Made by a program: the position numbers and the translations under genes
NCBI GenBank assembly: GCA_951406725.2
Contig: OX597817.1
Location: 96,968,001-97,032,000, forward strand
Length of the DNA stretch: 64,000 nucleotides
DNA from: Octopus vulgaris
Taxonomy: Eukaryota
Direction: 5' to 3'
The notes under the pieces: model-generated
The model's input: the letters and a program-made list of their open reading frames with translations, nothing else
Told to the model about the DNA's origin: nothing
Databases searched by the model: none
Part shown: positions 23,792 to 36,990 of the stretch, in pieces
Position numbering within the stretch: position 1 is the stretch's first letter
Layout of the letters: the number at the start of each line of letters is the position of its first letter

Positions 23792-24157
23792 GTGAGTAGT
23801 AATGACTACTTAATTCCATTAAAACTCTAAAAATGAAGTTATATAATCTCATTTTCTAATGATCTCTGGTTCTCTTCTTGTGTAATGAATTGATAAATAG
23901 TAGCAGTACCATTAGACATTCTATTGTTATTTTGAAATGTAACATTTTTGAAAGGTAAAAGGGGAACATGAAATAGATAATTTCTTTTGAAATTGTAGCA
24001 TTTGGTTCTTGAGGTGGCCCTAATAGGTAGTGCCGAAAATACAATCATAACAGAGAACATCTTTAAAAACTATTTTCTTTGTTATAATTGTCACATCTTT
24101 CTCAAGAACTGTTACTGTTGTATTTATCTTTACATTGTGAAGTGAATTCATTCTATT

Positions 24158-24640
24158 GGGTCATCCCATAAATAATGTGCTTTTTTTATACTTCTTTTAT
24201 TTTTCAAAATTAAGCAAAACAAAGTTCTTTTTTAATCTAAAATATACTCTCCTTCATTTTCTACAATACTCTTCCATCTAGCTGGTAGACTTGCAAGGCA
24301 CCTCTTCCAAAATTCACTTGTTTGTGATGAAAAATACTCCTCCAGTACTGTTCTGATCTCATCTACAGAACTCATATTTTTTCCGTCCAAATGATTTTGA
24401 AGACTGCGGAATAAATGATAATTAGATGGAGCAATCAGCCTTTGGAATGTCATCCTCATTGTATGTGGCCAAGCATTATCCTGATGGAAGAACACCTTTT
24501 GTCTTGAAACCAAAGATGGTCATTTTTCTTCTAGCGCTGACTTGAATGACTGGTTAAATGACCAAATCCAAGCTTCTCTGCCAGTTCCTCAACAGTTATG
24601 ATGGGATTTTGTTCCACCAGGGTTTGCAGGATGACCCAAT
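24158..24640 (-). mobile_element. Mariner transposase relic
   Basis: FHQDNAWPH, APSNYHLFRSLQNHL, LPARWKSIVENEGEY. Confidence 0.8.
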
Positions 24641-25589
24641 ATGGAAAACAACATATCATTATCCCTGATTAAAATCCCTGAAAATTTGTTAAAAATACTG
24701 TGTGCAGCAAATACTTTAAACAATTTTAATTACAGAGCATGTTAATATCATAATACAAGGCTGGTAACACTAAAATATCTTCATATGCTCTACTAAATCC
24801 TTATTTTCATATCAGAAAAAAGTGTATATACCTGGGCTTGGACCTACAGACCTAGTGAATGAAGTACATTAGCATACCTACTGATTTGTGAATTGGGGAG
24901 TGATAAACTCAAATACAAAAACACACATACACCGATCTATCCATCCAACAATACACACATGCATGCACAAACACACACACACACACACACTTTATTTGTG
25001 GGTTAACAAGACAACCAATGGTTTTATGAGAAGAGATATTCAAAATTGTTGAAGTGTACCACATGGAAATGTTAGAACTCATCCCCATTAGATATACATA
25101 TGTGTGTGTGTGTGTGTGTATATATCATAATGATTCGAGTGTTTCACTCATGATCATAAGACTGATTTTGATTACTGGATCAGGCACTGCATTGTGTTCT
25201 AACACAAAACACTCCTTTCCACATTGCTCCAGTCCACTCAGCTGGAAAAAATGTATAATTCTGTGATGGGCTGACATCCCATCAAGGAAAGGAATATATA
25301 TGCCACAGAATCTGGAAAAATGGCCTTATGGCTTGGAAAGAACCTTTGATCCTTTGCTTTTTGATGTGTGTGTGTGTAAAATGAAATGTGAGATGTATTT
25401 GTAGGACATATTTGGTAATTTAATAAAATCACTCTAATCTAGCAAAACTAAATGCATTTTAATAAAAATGTGTACACATGTTCTCAATAGGCTTTCTTAT
25501 AAGACTGTTCTGTGAATCCACCTTCAGCTTTGATGAGTGCTTCAGTGTGGGACTGGAACCAGTGACATGTCTGCTCTAAATGTTCCTTA

Positions 25590-26500
25590 TTTATTTCAGA
25601 TATCACCTGGAAAATGGCAGCCTTCAGTTAACTCTGATAATATGAGGATGTCAATTAGTCTCCTTTTCAACAATACTCCAAATATGTGATTTAAATCTGG
25701 CAAGTTTGGAGGCCACAAGTTTGGTGCTACATGAACAAAAATGTTTTCTGTCATCCATTCTTGGGTTACGTGGGCTTTCTGAGAAGGTACAGAGTCTTGT
25801 CAAAACATGTATGGCCTTCATCCATCCAGAGTTTAACAACTGTCTCCTGTACCTCAAAGTATCCAGTATTAATCTAAAACCTTTTGGAAAGATGTGAGGT
25901 GATATGACATGACCTTCATTACACACTACTTCTAAAGCCATCACAATTGCTAAAAACTTAGTGTAGATCACTAAGGGAACATCAGAAAGATCTGCACATA
26001 ACCATCTGTCATTTCTCCTATTAGACTTTTGATCTTAGTAGAAGTTTTTCTCATTAAAAAAGAACCAAAGTATGCCATGTTCATGAGGGTTTTTAACCTT
26101 GTTAGCTAAAAGCTTGGCACAGATCAAATGGTTTTTACTGTGCCTTTGCAGACATGAATTAGCCTCTCCTCAGTACATATGACTTGTATGAATTGTTCTC
26201 ATGCATCACAATTCTGAAAGTCCATTCCAACACCAATGGCCTTTATTGATTTCCCAGTATCATCATCAATAACATTTTTAATCTTTTGGATAAATTGCAG
26301 TGTCCTTATAGTAACCAAACATTTAAAATGTTCTTCTCTCTTTGATATAATTGAAATATTTCTTCCAGTGTTTCAGTTCCACCTGAATTTTCTGTAGAAA
26401 AGATCTTGCTCAAATTATAAAATTGACACTTTCTGAATTACTGTGTTCAGCACATATGGCAGCATTTTATCTGACATGGAGTATCTGAAAGAAATAAAAA
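25590..26500 (-). mobile_element. Highly degenerate Tc1/mariner-superfamily relic (maT/DD37D-like)
   Basis: VMALEVVCNEGHVISPHIFPKG and IWSIVEKETN fragments. Confidence 0.6.
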
Positions 26501-27099
26501 CTTTTTAATTGGTTCAAAGAGAGTAATATGCTGCCAACACAAGTGAGGCTCAATATTGATTTAAAAGCATTTAATACACTTCGTAGTATATTATGGTTGC
26601 ATTATGAAATATGATGTCTCTATCAGCAATTACTATGCATGTACCAGTTAGCAGGAATGTGTTTAATATGCAAAATTGACATATATAATTATGTTACATC
26701 ACTACATTTAGTGGCTATTTAAGTAATGTATTCATGAATGGTTAATGGGTTGGATGTGGTGCTGAAGAAGGAGCAATAACTCCTGAAATAAGTATATACA
26801 CCCATTACCCATTTTCCATCTTTGATCACATTGTTTACATAGATGTATTTGTATATAAAACATCATAATTTTCAATGCTAGCTCTATTTCTATTGAAAAT
26901 CTGTAGAGATAACTTTAAAAGGTGATAATTAAGTGTCCTCAAATATGCAATTGAGGCAATATTAAATTAAGATAGCCATGTATATTTCATACTTGATGTA
27001 TATATAATGTTGATAGGTTAGTTACTGCTGTATTCGTCTGGAGATAACATTTCATATGGATGTGCTATGTTAAAAATACACTAGATATCAAAGAGAGAC

Positions 27100-30000
27100 A
27101 AAAAATCATCCCATCAAGAGCCAGTGGGGATACTCAGTGCATTTCAAAATTTCTTGGGCCTTTTCAATGATGCATACCTACAGCAACTACATGTTTGGAT
27201 GAGAATTAGTCACCTCAAATATTCAGGAAAGATTGTAAGTCATGAACAGACGAGGAAAAAAGTAAGACTATTATTATGTAACTTAGCTCTGTCAGAACAT
27301 GAAAAATATTGTAATTTTATACTACCCAAAAAACTAGTGAAATTTATTTCCAGGAAACAGTCGAATCACTATAAAAAATGTTCAGTGATACAAGTTCCCT
27401 ATTTAACACTCGATGGGCAAGTTGGAATCTAGTTAAAAAAGAGGATGAAGACTTTGTCACGTATGCTGGGACTGTAAACAGAATATGTGAAAGGTTTAAA
27501 CTAAAGGGACTAACTCTTGATATATTTAAGTGCCTCATTTTTGTACAAGGGCTGACAGCAAACAAAGATGTGGAGATATGTGCAAGAATTCTCACAAAAC
27601 TTGAACAAGTGGACCAGAGTTTAACCCTGCAGACAGTTACAGAGGAATGTCAAAGAATGATAAACTTGCGACAGGATGTAAAAAAAATTGAAGAGAAGGA
27701 TTTTTCACAAGTACAGGCATGTTGACTGGGAAGGAATAAATAAAAAAGAATGTTAGGACCAAGCCCATGCTACAACTGTGGAGGCCTACATTTCAGGAAG
27801 AACTATCCTTTCAAAACACAGAAGTGTTACAGATGCCAAAAAAATAGGACACAAGAGCTCACATTGCAGAGCAAAGTTAGGAAGGTTGAACATAAAGAAT
27901 TCTAAAGTTTTCTCAATGAAAAGTAAAAATGACACCAAAAAGGAGAAATTTGTATATGTAAAAGTAAACAAAGTGAATATTAAATTACAAATAGATACTG
28001 GTAGTGACATTTCAATTATTGATACCGATATGTGGAAAAGAATCAGGAAACATGTTAAGAAAACCATCGAAAATTGCACGAGGCTTGACAGGTGAAAAAC
28101 TACACTTTGTAGGTGAAATGTGAAGTGATATTACATTTCATGGTAAAACCTGTAGAGCAAAAGTTTTCATGTTAAAAAGTACAACCAATCTGTTTGGTAC
28201 AGACTGTATGGAGTTGTTTGACTTATGGGACCTCCCCATAAATCTGTACTGTAAAAAACTAAATAGCTGTCCCATCAGTAAAAATTACTCATCAGATGAA
28301 TTGAAGAAAAAATTTTAAAACTTGTTCCCTGAAGTATTGTTGGATAAATCAGTTCTCTGTACTAAGTCTGAGGTGAGTTTTCAAATAAATGAAAGCACCA
28401 TACTTGTATTCAAATCTAATAGAAAGTACTTTTGCTGCAATAAAACAGATAGATGAAGAATTAGACAAACTAGAGAAAATTGGAATTATTCAAAAAGTGG
28501 ATTATTCTAATACACACCAACTGTGTATATTAAAAAAAAAAGAATTACAAAATCAGGGTATGTGTCAATTTTTCTACTGGTTTGAATGACTGCCTAAAAA
28601 TGTACCACTATCTGCTACCTACTCAGGAGGATATTTTTGCAAAATTAAATGATGGCAAGATATTTTTGAAACTGGATCTGTCTGATATATACCTACAAAT
28701 TAAAGTAAACAAGCAATACTCAAAATTTCTAACAGTGAATACACATAAAGGACTTTATAAGTATAACAAATTACCATTTGGTCTACAGGTCACACCTGCA
28801 ATTTTTCAACAGGTTATGGATGCGATACTAGTGTACTGTAAGCATATTCAGCATGTAAAGTGTTTTTGAAAAAAATAAGAGATTACGGTTTCACACTGAG
28901 TGAGGCAAATGTAAATTTTTTTTGTCTAAAATTAAGTATTTAGGACAAATTATTGATAGAAATGGAAGATGATTGGACCCATTGAGGGCAGACACAATTA
29001 AAAATATGCCACTTCTAACTAATATAACGACCTTACAAGTTTATCTAGGTCTAGCAAATTATTATCAAAATTACATACCAAACATGTATAATTTGAGAGC
29101 TCTACTGAATAATTTGCTAAAGAAGGGTGTGAAGTAGAATTGATCAAATAATTGTCAAAAGATGTTTGACAATATTAAAAAAATATTAATATCGGATTTG
29201 TCGCTGGCTCATTTCACTCCTGCAGTGAAAATTATTGTAGCATCTGACGCTTCTAAATATGGTATAGTATCAGTAATGCTACAGAAATATAAAGACAGTA
29301 ATATGAAGGCGGTGGTTCATGCCTCACATTCTCTGATAGGTGCAGAGAAAATCTATAGCCAAATAGAGAAAGAAGCTCTTGTGATTATTTTTGCCATGAA
29401 GAAATTTTACAGATTTTTGCACATTAGAAGTTTTAGGCTACAAGCTGATCACTGACTGTTATTATCAATTTTGGGGTCAAAGAAAGGAATTCCTACCCAT
29501 ACTGCAAATAGATTGCAGCATTGGGTTATGATATTGTTGAATTATGATTTTAAGATGGAGTACATTCTTTCTAAGAAAATTGGCCATGTGGATTGTTTAT
29601 CTAGACTAATCATGAAGAATACGGAATCACTGGTTGATATGTGTTACAGTCAGAAAAGGAAATTAAAGACATTATGTGTAATGTCATTCAGGAGCTGCCA
29701 GTGACTGTACAAAATATAAAAAGTAAATCAGTGGACGACAAATACATCATGAAATTGAAGGAAACCTTGAAAAATAAACACGCACAAAGAGTGGTAGTAC
29801 CAACTGCACTATAGGAATATGTATTACATGAATTTCATAGTGGACACCCAGAGATGTTAAGAATGAAAGCTTTGATGAGGAGTTATGTGTTTTGGCCAAC
29901 AATGGACTGGGACATTGAAATTTGGTGAAATCATGTTGAGGTTGTGCACTAGCATCCAAAGCACCACCGGTGAAATACCAATTGTGGCCTGAGACGCATA

Positions 30001-30540
30001 GTCTGTGGTTCAGAGTACATTTAGATCATGCAGGACCGGTGAATGGTACGTACTACTTAATCATTGTTGATAGCTTTACCAAGTGGCCAGAAGTATGTAG
30101 GTGAAGTCAACCAACTTTGAAGGCAACAATAAAGTTCCTGCATGAACTTTTTGCTAGATACGGTGTTCCAGACACCATAGTATCGGACAATGGAACACAA
30201 TTTACAGGATACGAGTTCAAAAATGTCTGCAAAATGCATGCAATCAAGTACATTTTTACCCCACCCTACCACCCAAGATCAAATGGGCAAGCAGAACGAT
30301 TCATAGACACTTTTAAACAAGCACTAAAATAAAGTAAGGAATGAGTTAAGAAATGACAAAGCACTAACTCAGTTCTTAAGGGTGTACAGAATAACACCCA
30401 GTCCGAATGCCAGTTCAGGCAAGCTACATGCAGAGCTAATGTTTGCTTGGAAGATAGAATCTATCTTTGATGAATTGTTGCCAAAGAAAAAACGTATTAA
30501 GAAAATACAAAAAATTCAACAAATCATTTTGATGTAGGAA
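27100..30540 (+). mobile_element. Decayed Gypsy-type LTR retrotransposon internal region (gag-PR-RT-RNaseH-IN), no LTRs seen
   Basis: LQIDTGSDISII (protease), KLDLSDIYLQI and LPFGLQVTPAIFQ (RT), VASDASKYGI and YSQIEKEAL (RNaseH), VSDNGTQFT and PPYHPRSNGQAERF (integrase). Many stops. Confidence 0.92.
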
Positions 30541-31740
30541 ACAAAGTTATATATTTTATTGTACTACACGGTTATAGTGTAAAAAGTTTCATCATAACAA
30601 TTGGTGATACAACAGTTACATCCCTTAATTGTTTGTACTACCAATGCCTCATTTCCTCCCCCCACTTTCATTCTTTGTTCTCATTATCAGCTCCTGTCTT
30701 CTATTCCCCTTTGCCACTCCTCCACCCTTGTTCATCATTCTCTACATTTGCCTCTACCACTACATCTAACCATATGTTATTATCCTCTTCTGACCCACTG
30801 CCCCTATCATCTCTTGTTTCCTGAGAGTTTTGCTCTGACAACTCATTACTACCATCTTACCTTTTTCCCCAATACTACTTCCTACTCTTATATAAATGCA
30901 AGGTAGCCATGTATCTTTTCCATAGTAAGTCACTTCTGCTTGATCCTAGTATAAGATCTCTTCTCCACCCTCTCAAATACTCCCCCATTTAGTCAAAGGG
31001 GGATTTCCCTTCCCCTGTTTTTTCTTTTCTTGTTCTTTCCTGTTTCACAAGTTACTTGGTAACCCCACAAGTGCTATGGCATGAGAAATGCACCCAGTAT
31101 ACACTGTGAACATGGAGCATGATGCAACCTTGCAGCTCACCAAATTCTGTCAAATCATCTAATCCATGCCAGCATGGAAAACAGACGTTAAATGATGATG
31201 ATGATCATCATGATTATGATGATGGTGTAATTTAAATGAAATTTAAGAGCTATTTCTAGCAGAGGAAACAATTATGTAGAGGTTTTCTCATTGACTCATA
31301 TAAAGGCTCTCTTGACCTGTCTTTCAGCTTTTGAACTTATGTATGTTACCTTGGGATTAAAACCTAAATTATTTTGGAGCATGACTACAGGATCCATTTT
31401 GGAATTAATCAATTAGTATGAATTATGGTGGGTAGTTAATTAATATGTCCTACTGCTATGTAATAATTCTCATTGTTGATGTTGCTCAGTCCATAAGCAA
31501 TCTTATGATGAAAGGCATTCGAGTTGTAATCATACCCATCTTTTTCCAGATACAGCATATTTACAACTACATTATTCTGTCTTTTTTATAAAATAGACTG
31601 GTGTGATTTGAAACTGATTTCATTACTATTTTCAGTAGGCCAAGTGCCCAGTTAGTATTGCTGTGTGTTGTCCAAAATTATAGTATTGCTGTGTGTTATC
31701 CAAAATTAGAGTATTACTCAAAAAATTTATCTAATTCCAG

Positions 31741-31847
31741 ATTCAATTACTGTCAAAGAAAAATGGTAAGTTCAAGGAGCGATAGAATTATTTCCTTCAC
31801 ACTCTTGTGGTACAATGAAAATTCATGCAATATAACAGTTTATGAGG
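31741..31847 (+). CDS. Host gene exon E: CUB1 middle (IFNYCQRKMVSSRSDRIISFTLLWYNENSCNITVYEG), phase 2 to 1
   Basis: Acceptor ctaattccag, donor G/GTGAGT. CUB-like pattern CxxxI...IxxxF...C..xxVYxG. Confidence 0.75.
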
Positions 31848-32019
31848 GTGAGTACACCATATGTTACAACTCTTATATTTATTTTCTACACATACAATGA
31901 TGTTGCAGCTGACCAAGTCAGTGAAGTGGATCAACTTCCTTATATTTTATTGTTTTTATAATTTTTTGTTTTTTTATTGTTTATAATTTATTGTTTTTAT
32001 AAATTATTGTTTTTATACA

Positions 32020-33640
32020 CGAACACATACACACACATACTCACGTATTCATGAACACACATATACCTCCCACACATCACACACATACAACACACATACA
32101 TGTACATATACACACATACATCCACACACATACACACGCATATATACACATATACACACACCCACATACACCCACGTGCACACACACATATGCGCGTACA
32201 CACACACACGTACACAAACGTACACACACACACAAGAATGCACAGAAACCTATCCCACCCAACCCCATGCACACACAGACACACATACCTTTAGACACAC
32301 ACACATAAACGTACATACAACCACATACACACTCATACTCAAGCACACGTGCATACACACAATAAAATGCACACAACCTGACACACATCTCCACGTTCAC
32401 ACACATATACACACGCACGCACGTACACACACGCACACACACACACCAGCACAGGTTCCCACATATACCTCTAACAAACAATACTCATACAGATATGCAC
32501 ACAATTATACACACATGGGCACAGACACACATGCACATACACGCACACACGCACGTAAGCACACATACGCACGTAAGCACACACGCACACAAACACACAC
32601 ACGCACATTACGCCTACACAACACCAAAAACCCACACACATGCATACACAAATTCACATACACACCTATACATACACACAATATATGCATACACGCGCAC
32701 ACACACATACACATATGTATACACATATAGACACAGACACACACACTCACACACACACAAACATGTGCACACATATGCACGCACATGCGCACACGAATGC
32801 ACACACCTAACACTCACAACCCACGGATACATGTATATACACCCACATACGCGCACACAACTACATGCACATATGACATGCACGCACATACTCACACACA
32901 CACAAATGAACCCACACATACATCCCATACACATAGCACACACTCATACATACACGCACACAATTATACATACATGTATACACACACACGCACATACAAG
33001 CACACACGCACACATACACAAAGTAAAGCACAGTTATTCGCCACACACACAAACTCTACACATACACACACGAACACACACACACACACACACTACAAAA
33101 AAACACACACACATACTTCAAACTACCAGTACCTTTCACTGACCATTCTTCCACATGGGTAGATAGACACAAGAGCCACCCCTAATTCATTCTTCCTTGA
33201 CCTTAAACAATACTAAGCCGTACCACACACATAGATTAACAGCCACAGCCACACACACACACACACACACACACGTGTTATCATTGCACACATACACACA
33301 TACACACATGCACATGCAGACCTGCACACATGCACATATCCACACTTACACATACATACCTCCTCTTGCACTCTCCTGTCTTTGAAAGAACTTTTTCTTC
33401 ACCTATTCCCTTCTGGTCATTCAAAATGTGACCACGTGTGTACCGTTGGCGATTTTTTTTTCTCCGTCTACCCTTCTTTGGATCTTTCCTTATCCTATGT
33501 TTCTGACGAAGAGCTCCACTCGAAACGTTAAACCCTCCTTCTTTCCTTCTTTCCTGAGCGTCCAATAATACTATAATTGTTCCACGTCCTCGCATTGTTG
33601 TGTTTTCTCTTTGTGTTTTCATGTTTGGATTAACTATTTA
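32020..33640 (+). mobile_element. Long degenerate (CA)-rich tract followed by a PLE-type pLTR ending at (TA)n
   Basis: About 1.3 kb of CA/TA low complexity, then a hammerhead-containing terminus. Same layout as the 3'UTR plus pLTR of the 17416-19914 PLE. Confidence 0.55.
33499..33533 (+). ncRNA. Minimal hammerhead ribozyme
   Basis: GTTT-CTGACGA-A-GAG(CTCCA)CTC-GAAA-CG-TT-AAAC: canonical core with stem I GTTT/AAAC. Confidence 0.7.
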
Positions 33641-33656
33641 TATATATATATATATA

Positions 33657-34378
33657 CAACTTATGAACTAACTCTGAAATCGGGTCTGATATGGTAATGA
33701 CGGAATTTTTTAGAAATTTCTGTTGGTTTTCTTCGAGACACGTGCTTATAGTGATGAATTATATGGTTATGGATGTTGTCTAGTTTCAGCATATTTGGCA
33801 TTAGAAATTTTTTTTCTTTTGCCCTTGTTTATAAGTTCTTTATAAATTTAACCTTTGATAAAATTTTTTTCAAAAAAATTTTATCCTATATTAGATGTAA
33901 ATTTAATAGTGTTCACTTCCGGACTCTCTCATTCCTTGAGAGTTTTCAGTTCGGATTGGACGTGTCTCGAATTGGCTGGAGAATTTCTATTTTGAATATA
34001 TTTGGGGTACTTAGGTCTGCTCATGACTTACTGTTTGCTTCTTCCATGGGTATAAGTAAGTATTTCATTTTTTTCTTTGCCGCATTTATTACTGACGAAG
34101 AGAAGGTTCTTATGAACTAACTCTGAAATTGGGTCCAATATGGTAATGACGGAATTTTTTAGAAATTTCTGTCGGTTTTCTTTGAGACACGTGCTTATAG
34201 TGATGAATCATATAGTTATGGATTTTGTGTCTAGTTTTGGCATATTTGGCATTAGAAATTTTTTTTATTTTGCCCTTGATTATAAGTTCTTTATAAATTT
34301 AACCTTTAAAGGTGTATGGTTATGGATGCCAGTGATAAAATTGCTTTTTTGAAAAATTTTATCCTATATTAGATGTAT
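33657..34378. repeat. Interspersed repeat with an internal direct duplication (33659-33900 vs 34109-34378); related pieces at 48150-48570
   Basis: CTTATGAACTAACTCTGAAAT...GGTAATGACGGAATTTTTTAGAAATTTCTG occurs twice. A homologous, partly inverted copy lies at 48200-48570. Confidence 0.65.
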
Positions 34379-34689
34379 ATATATGTTCACATACACACAC
34401 ACAATTATACACATTCGTTTTTGTGTGCATGCATGCATACACACAGAGCCCTACATTTATATGGAGTGGTTGGCGTTAGGAAGGGCATCCAGCCATAGAA
34501 ACATTGCCAGATCAGACTGGGCCTGGTGCAGCCTTCTGGCTTCCCAGACCCCAGTTGAACTGTCCAACCCATGCTAACATGGAAAGCGGACACTAAACGA
34601 TGATGATGATGATGATGAAATAAAATATAGAGATATAAACCAAATAATATAGTATAAAGAAAGAAGTATAAGAAAGATGTATTAGAAAT

Positions 34690-35260
34690 CATAGATTATC
34701 AGGATATTTCAGTGAGGTTGTGAGAGTACTGCTATGGTTGATGATAGAGTCATCTACATCCAATCTTGTATCCTGAATGAAGATGTTAGAATCAACATAG
34801 GGCTGGCTTGGAGGCAGAGAGAACATGATGTTTGTCTTCTTTGGATTCAGATAAGTCCAAAAGAAGTGCATTCTCTAAAGAATAGATCCAGTGTAGCCTG
34901 CATGCCTTCTTCAGTGTGAACTATGAAATCTGCATCATCAGCATAAAGAAGTTCACAAACAGTCTTTGATTTTGCATAGAAGCATGTTACATCAAAGACC
35001 TTAGCTGAGGTCCTGAAGTGAATGTAGATGTCAATGCCATAGTCCTCAAAAGCATATGAGACATGTATGCAAAATACATGGAAAAAGGGCTGGAGCAGGA
35101 ATATACCTTGTTTAACCTCATTACTGATGGAAATTGGTTCTGAGAGTGAATCATTGAAGATAAAATGAACTTTCATATCCCTATAGAGTTTCTTAATCAA
35201 GTTGACAAATTGAGGTGGACATCCTAATTTACCAGGTATGGTCCAGGCTTTTGTTAAACT
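34690..35260 (-). mobile_element. Old RTE/BovB-like LINE RT fragment
   Basis: ISNEVKQG, ELLYADDADF, CTSFGL. Confidence 0.7.
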
Positions 35261-36359
35261 GGTTATTATTATATCATCATCATTATCATTGTTGTCTGTC
35301 TTCCATGCTGGTATGGATAGGATGGTTGACAGGAGCCAGCTAGGTAGAAGACTACTCCAGGCTACTGTGTCAATTTTGGCAGGGTTTTTAGGCAGAGTGG
35401 ACTGAGCGTTTTTTACATGGCTCCAGCACAGTTGAGGTCAGTTTTGGCAAGAGTTTTACAGCTGGATGGGGCATTGGAGGAGGGGATCTTGTATCAGATG
35501 ATGAAAGGTTAGAGAGTGCCAGAGAAGCAGAAACAGGTGTCTTGTTATAGAAGAGAAGGCATTGGAGGAGGTGATCTTGTGTCAAATAATGAAAAGTCAG
35601 GGTGTGACAGAGAAGCAGAAACATGTGTCTTGCTATAGAGGAGGTACATGGTTAGCTCACCAGAGAGAGAGAGAGAGTGTGAAAGAAGAGAGAGGCAGTG
35701 AGAGAAGAGAGAGTGAGAGAAGAGAGACAGGGAGGGAGAAAGTGAGAGGTACAAGATTGAGGACAGAAACAGATGTACTGATGTAAAGAAGATATTTGGT
35801 TACCTTGCCAGAGAGAAAAGTAAGAAAAAGAGAGAGAGTGATCAAGAATGAGGGTAGAAACTGGTGTGCTGCTACAGAGGAGATACATGGCTATCAAGCC
35901 AGAGGGAAGAGCAAGGGAAAGAGAGAGAGAGGGTAGAAAACAAAGAAAGTGCAAGAGAAAGCAGGAGAGAGATGGTGGTGAAGTTCCAGGGTATACTCAC
36001 AAGTTACAAGGATCAGAGCATAGGTGGGATCATAGAGTAAGGAAGAGAGAGAGACAACTGGTAGTAATTGCCAGGGCATTCCCTCAAGGTATGGAGGTCA
36101 TAATATATATAGCCAGGTGTTGCCAAGAAGGCTTGAGTAGGGAGTAGAGGTTGCACTGACTGGTAAAAACTTGGGTTTAGAGATGGTGGGGAAACAGTGA
36201 TACAGTGAGCAGGGCAGTGAGGGTAGGGAAGGGAGAGAATCATAATGTATGAAGAAATGTGTGGAAGAGAAAGATGTGGTTCAGAAGAGGGGATGCAATT
36301 TGGTTTCTTGGGGTAGAGTGTGTGAAAAGTTTATTGTTACATCACATGTGAGACACAAC

Positions 36360-36990
36360 ACTTCTAGCACTCAGTTTCACTGACATGGGCAGATTTTCTC
36401 TGGAACCTCATATCATCATACATGTCAGTCCATTGTCATTTCCTCTGTAAACCCTAACATCCTGAGATCAGTCCTCATCACTTCATCCCACGTCTTCCTG
36501 AGTCTCCCTCTTCCACAAGTACCATCCACATGTCCAAACCAAAGCATTCTCCTCTCTTGCATGCCACATTTGATTCCTCTTATGCCCAACTTTTCTCTTA
36601 ACACATTTTCACTTTGTCATACATGCATACTGATGTTGAACATCCAACAAAACATACTATCTTCATTCCTCTCCAGTTTACGCATGTTCCCTACATTCAA
36701 AGCCCATGTCTCACTGCCATAGAGTATATCTGTAGAGTATAGCTGTTCATACACAAGCATCATACAATCTACCTTTCATTCTGAGAGGGAGTCCTTTTGT
36801 TGCTCTCTGAACTTCCTTTTGTAGCTCTCTAAATTTCCTCCATCTTATTCTTGTTCTAGAAGCAATACTTTTAGAGCATCCACTATCATTACTAATTTGG
36901 TCACCTAAGTAGTAGAAACTATCTACTAATTCAAGAGACCCACCTGAGCATCTGAGTGAGTCTAAGTCCCCCATGCTCTTAGTGTTGATT
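36360..36990 (-). mobile_element. Old RTE LINE fragment
   Basis: LELVDSFYYLGDQIS...KGLPLRMKGRLYDACV. Confidence 0.75.

Noticed and set aside
32051-33162. Long His/Thr-rich and Cys/Val-rich ORFs (also at 10453-11342, 17631-18321 and 51515-51885)
   Set aside because: Translations of CA/TA microsatellite-like DNA, open in several frames on both strands.
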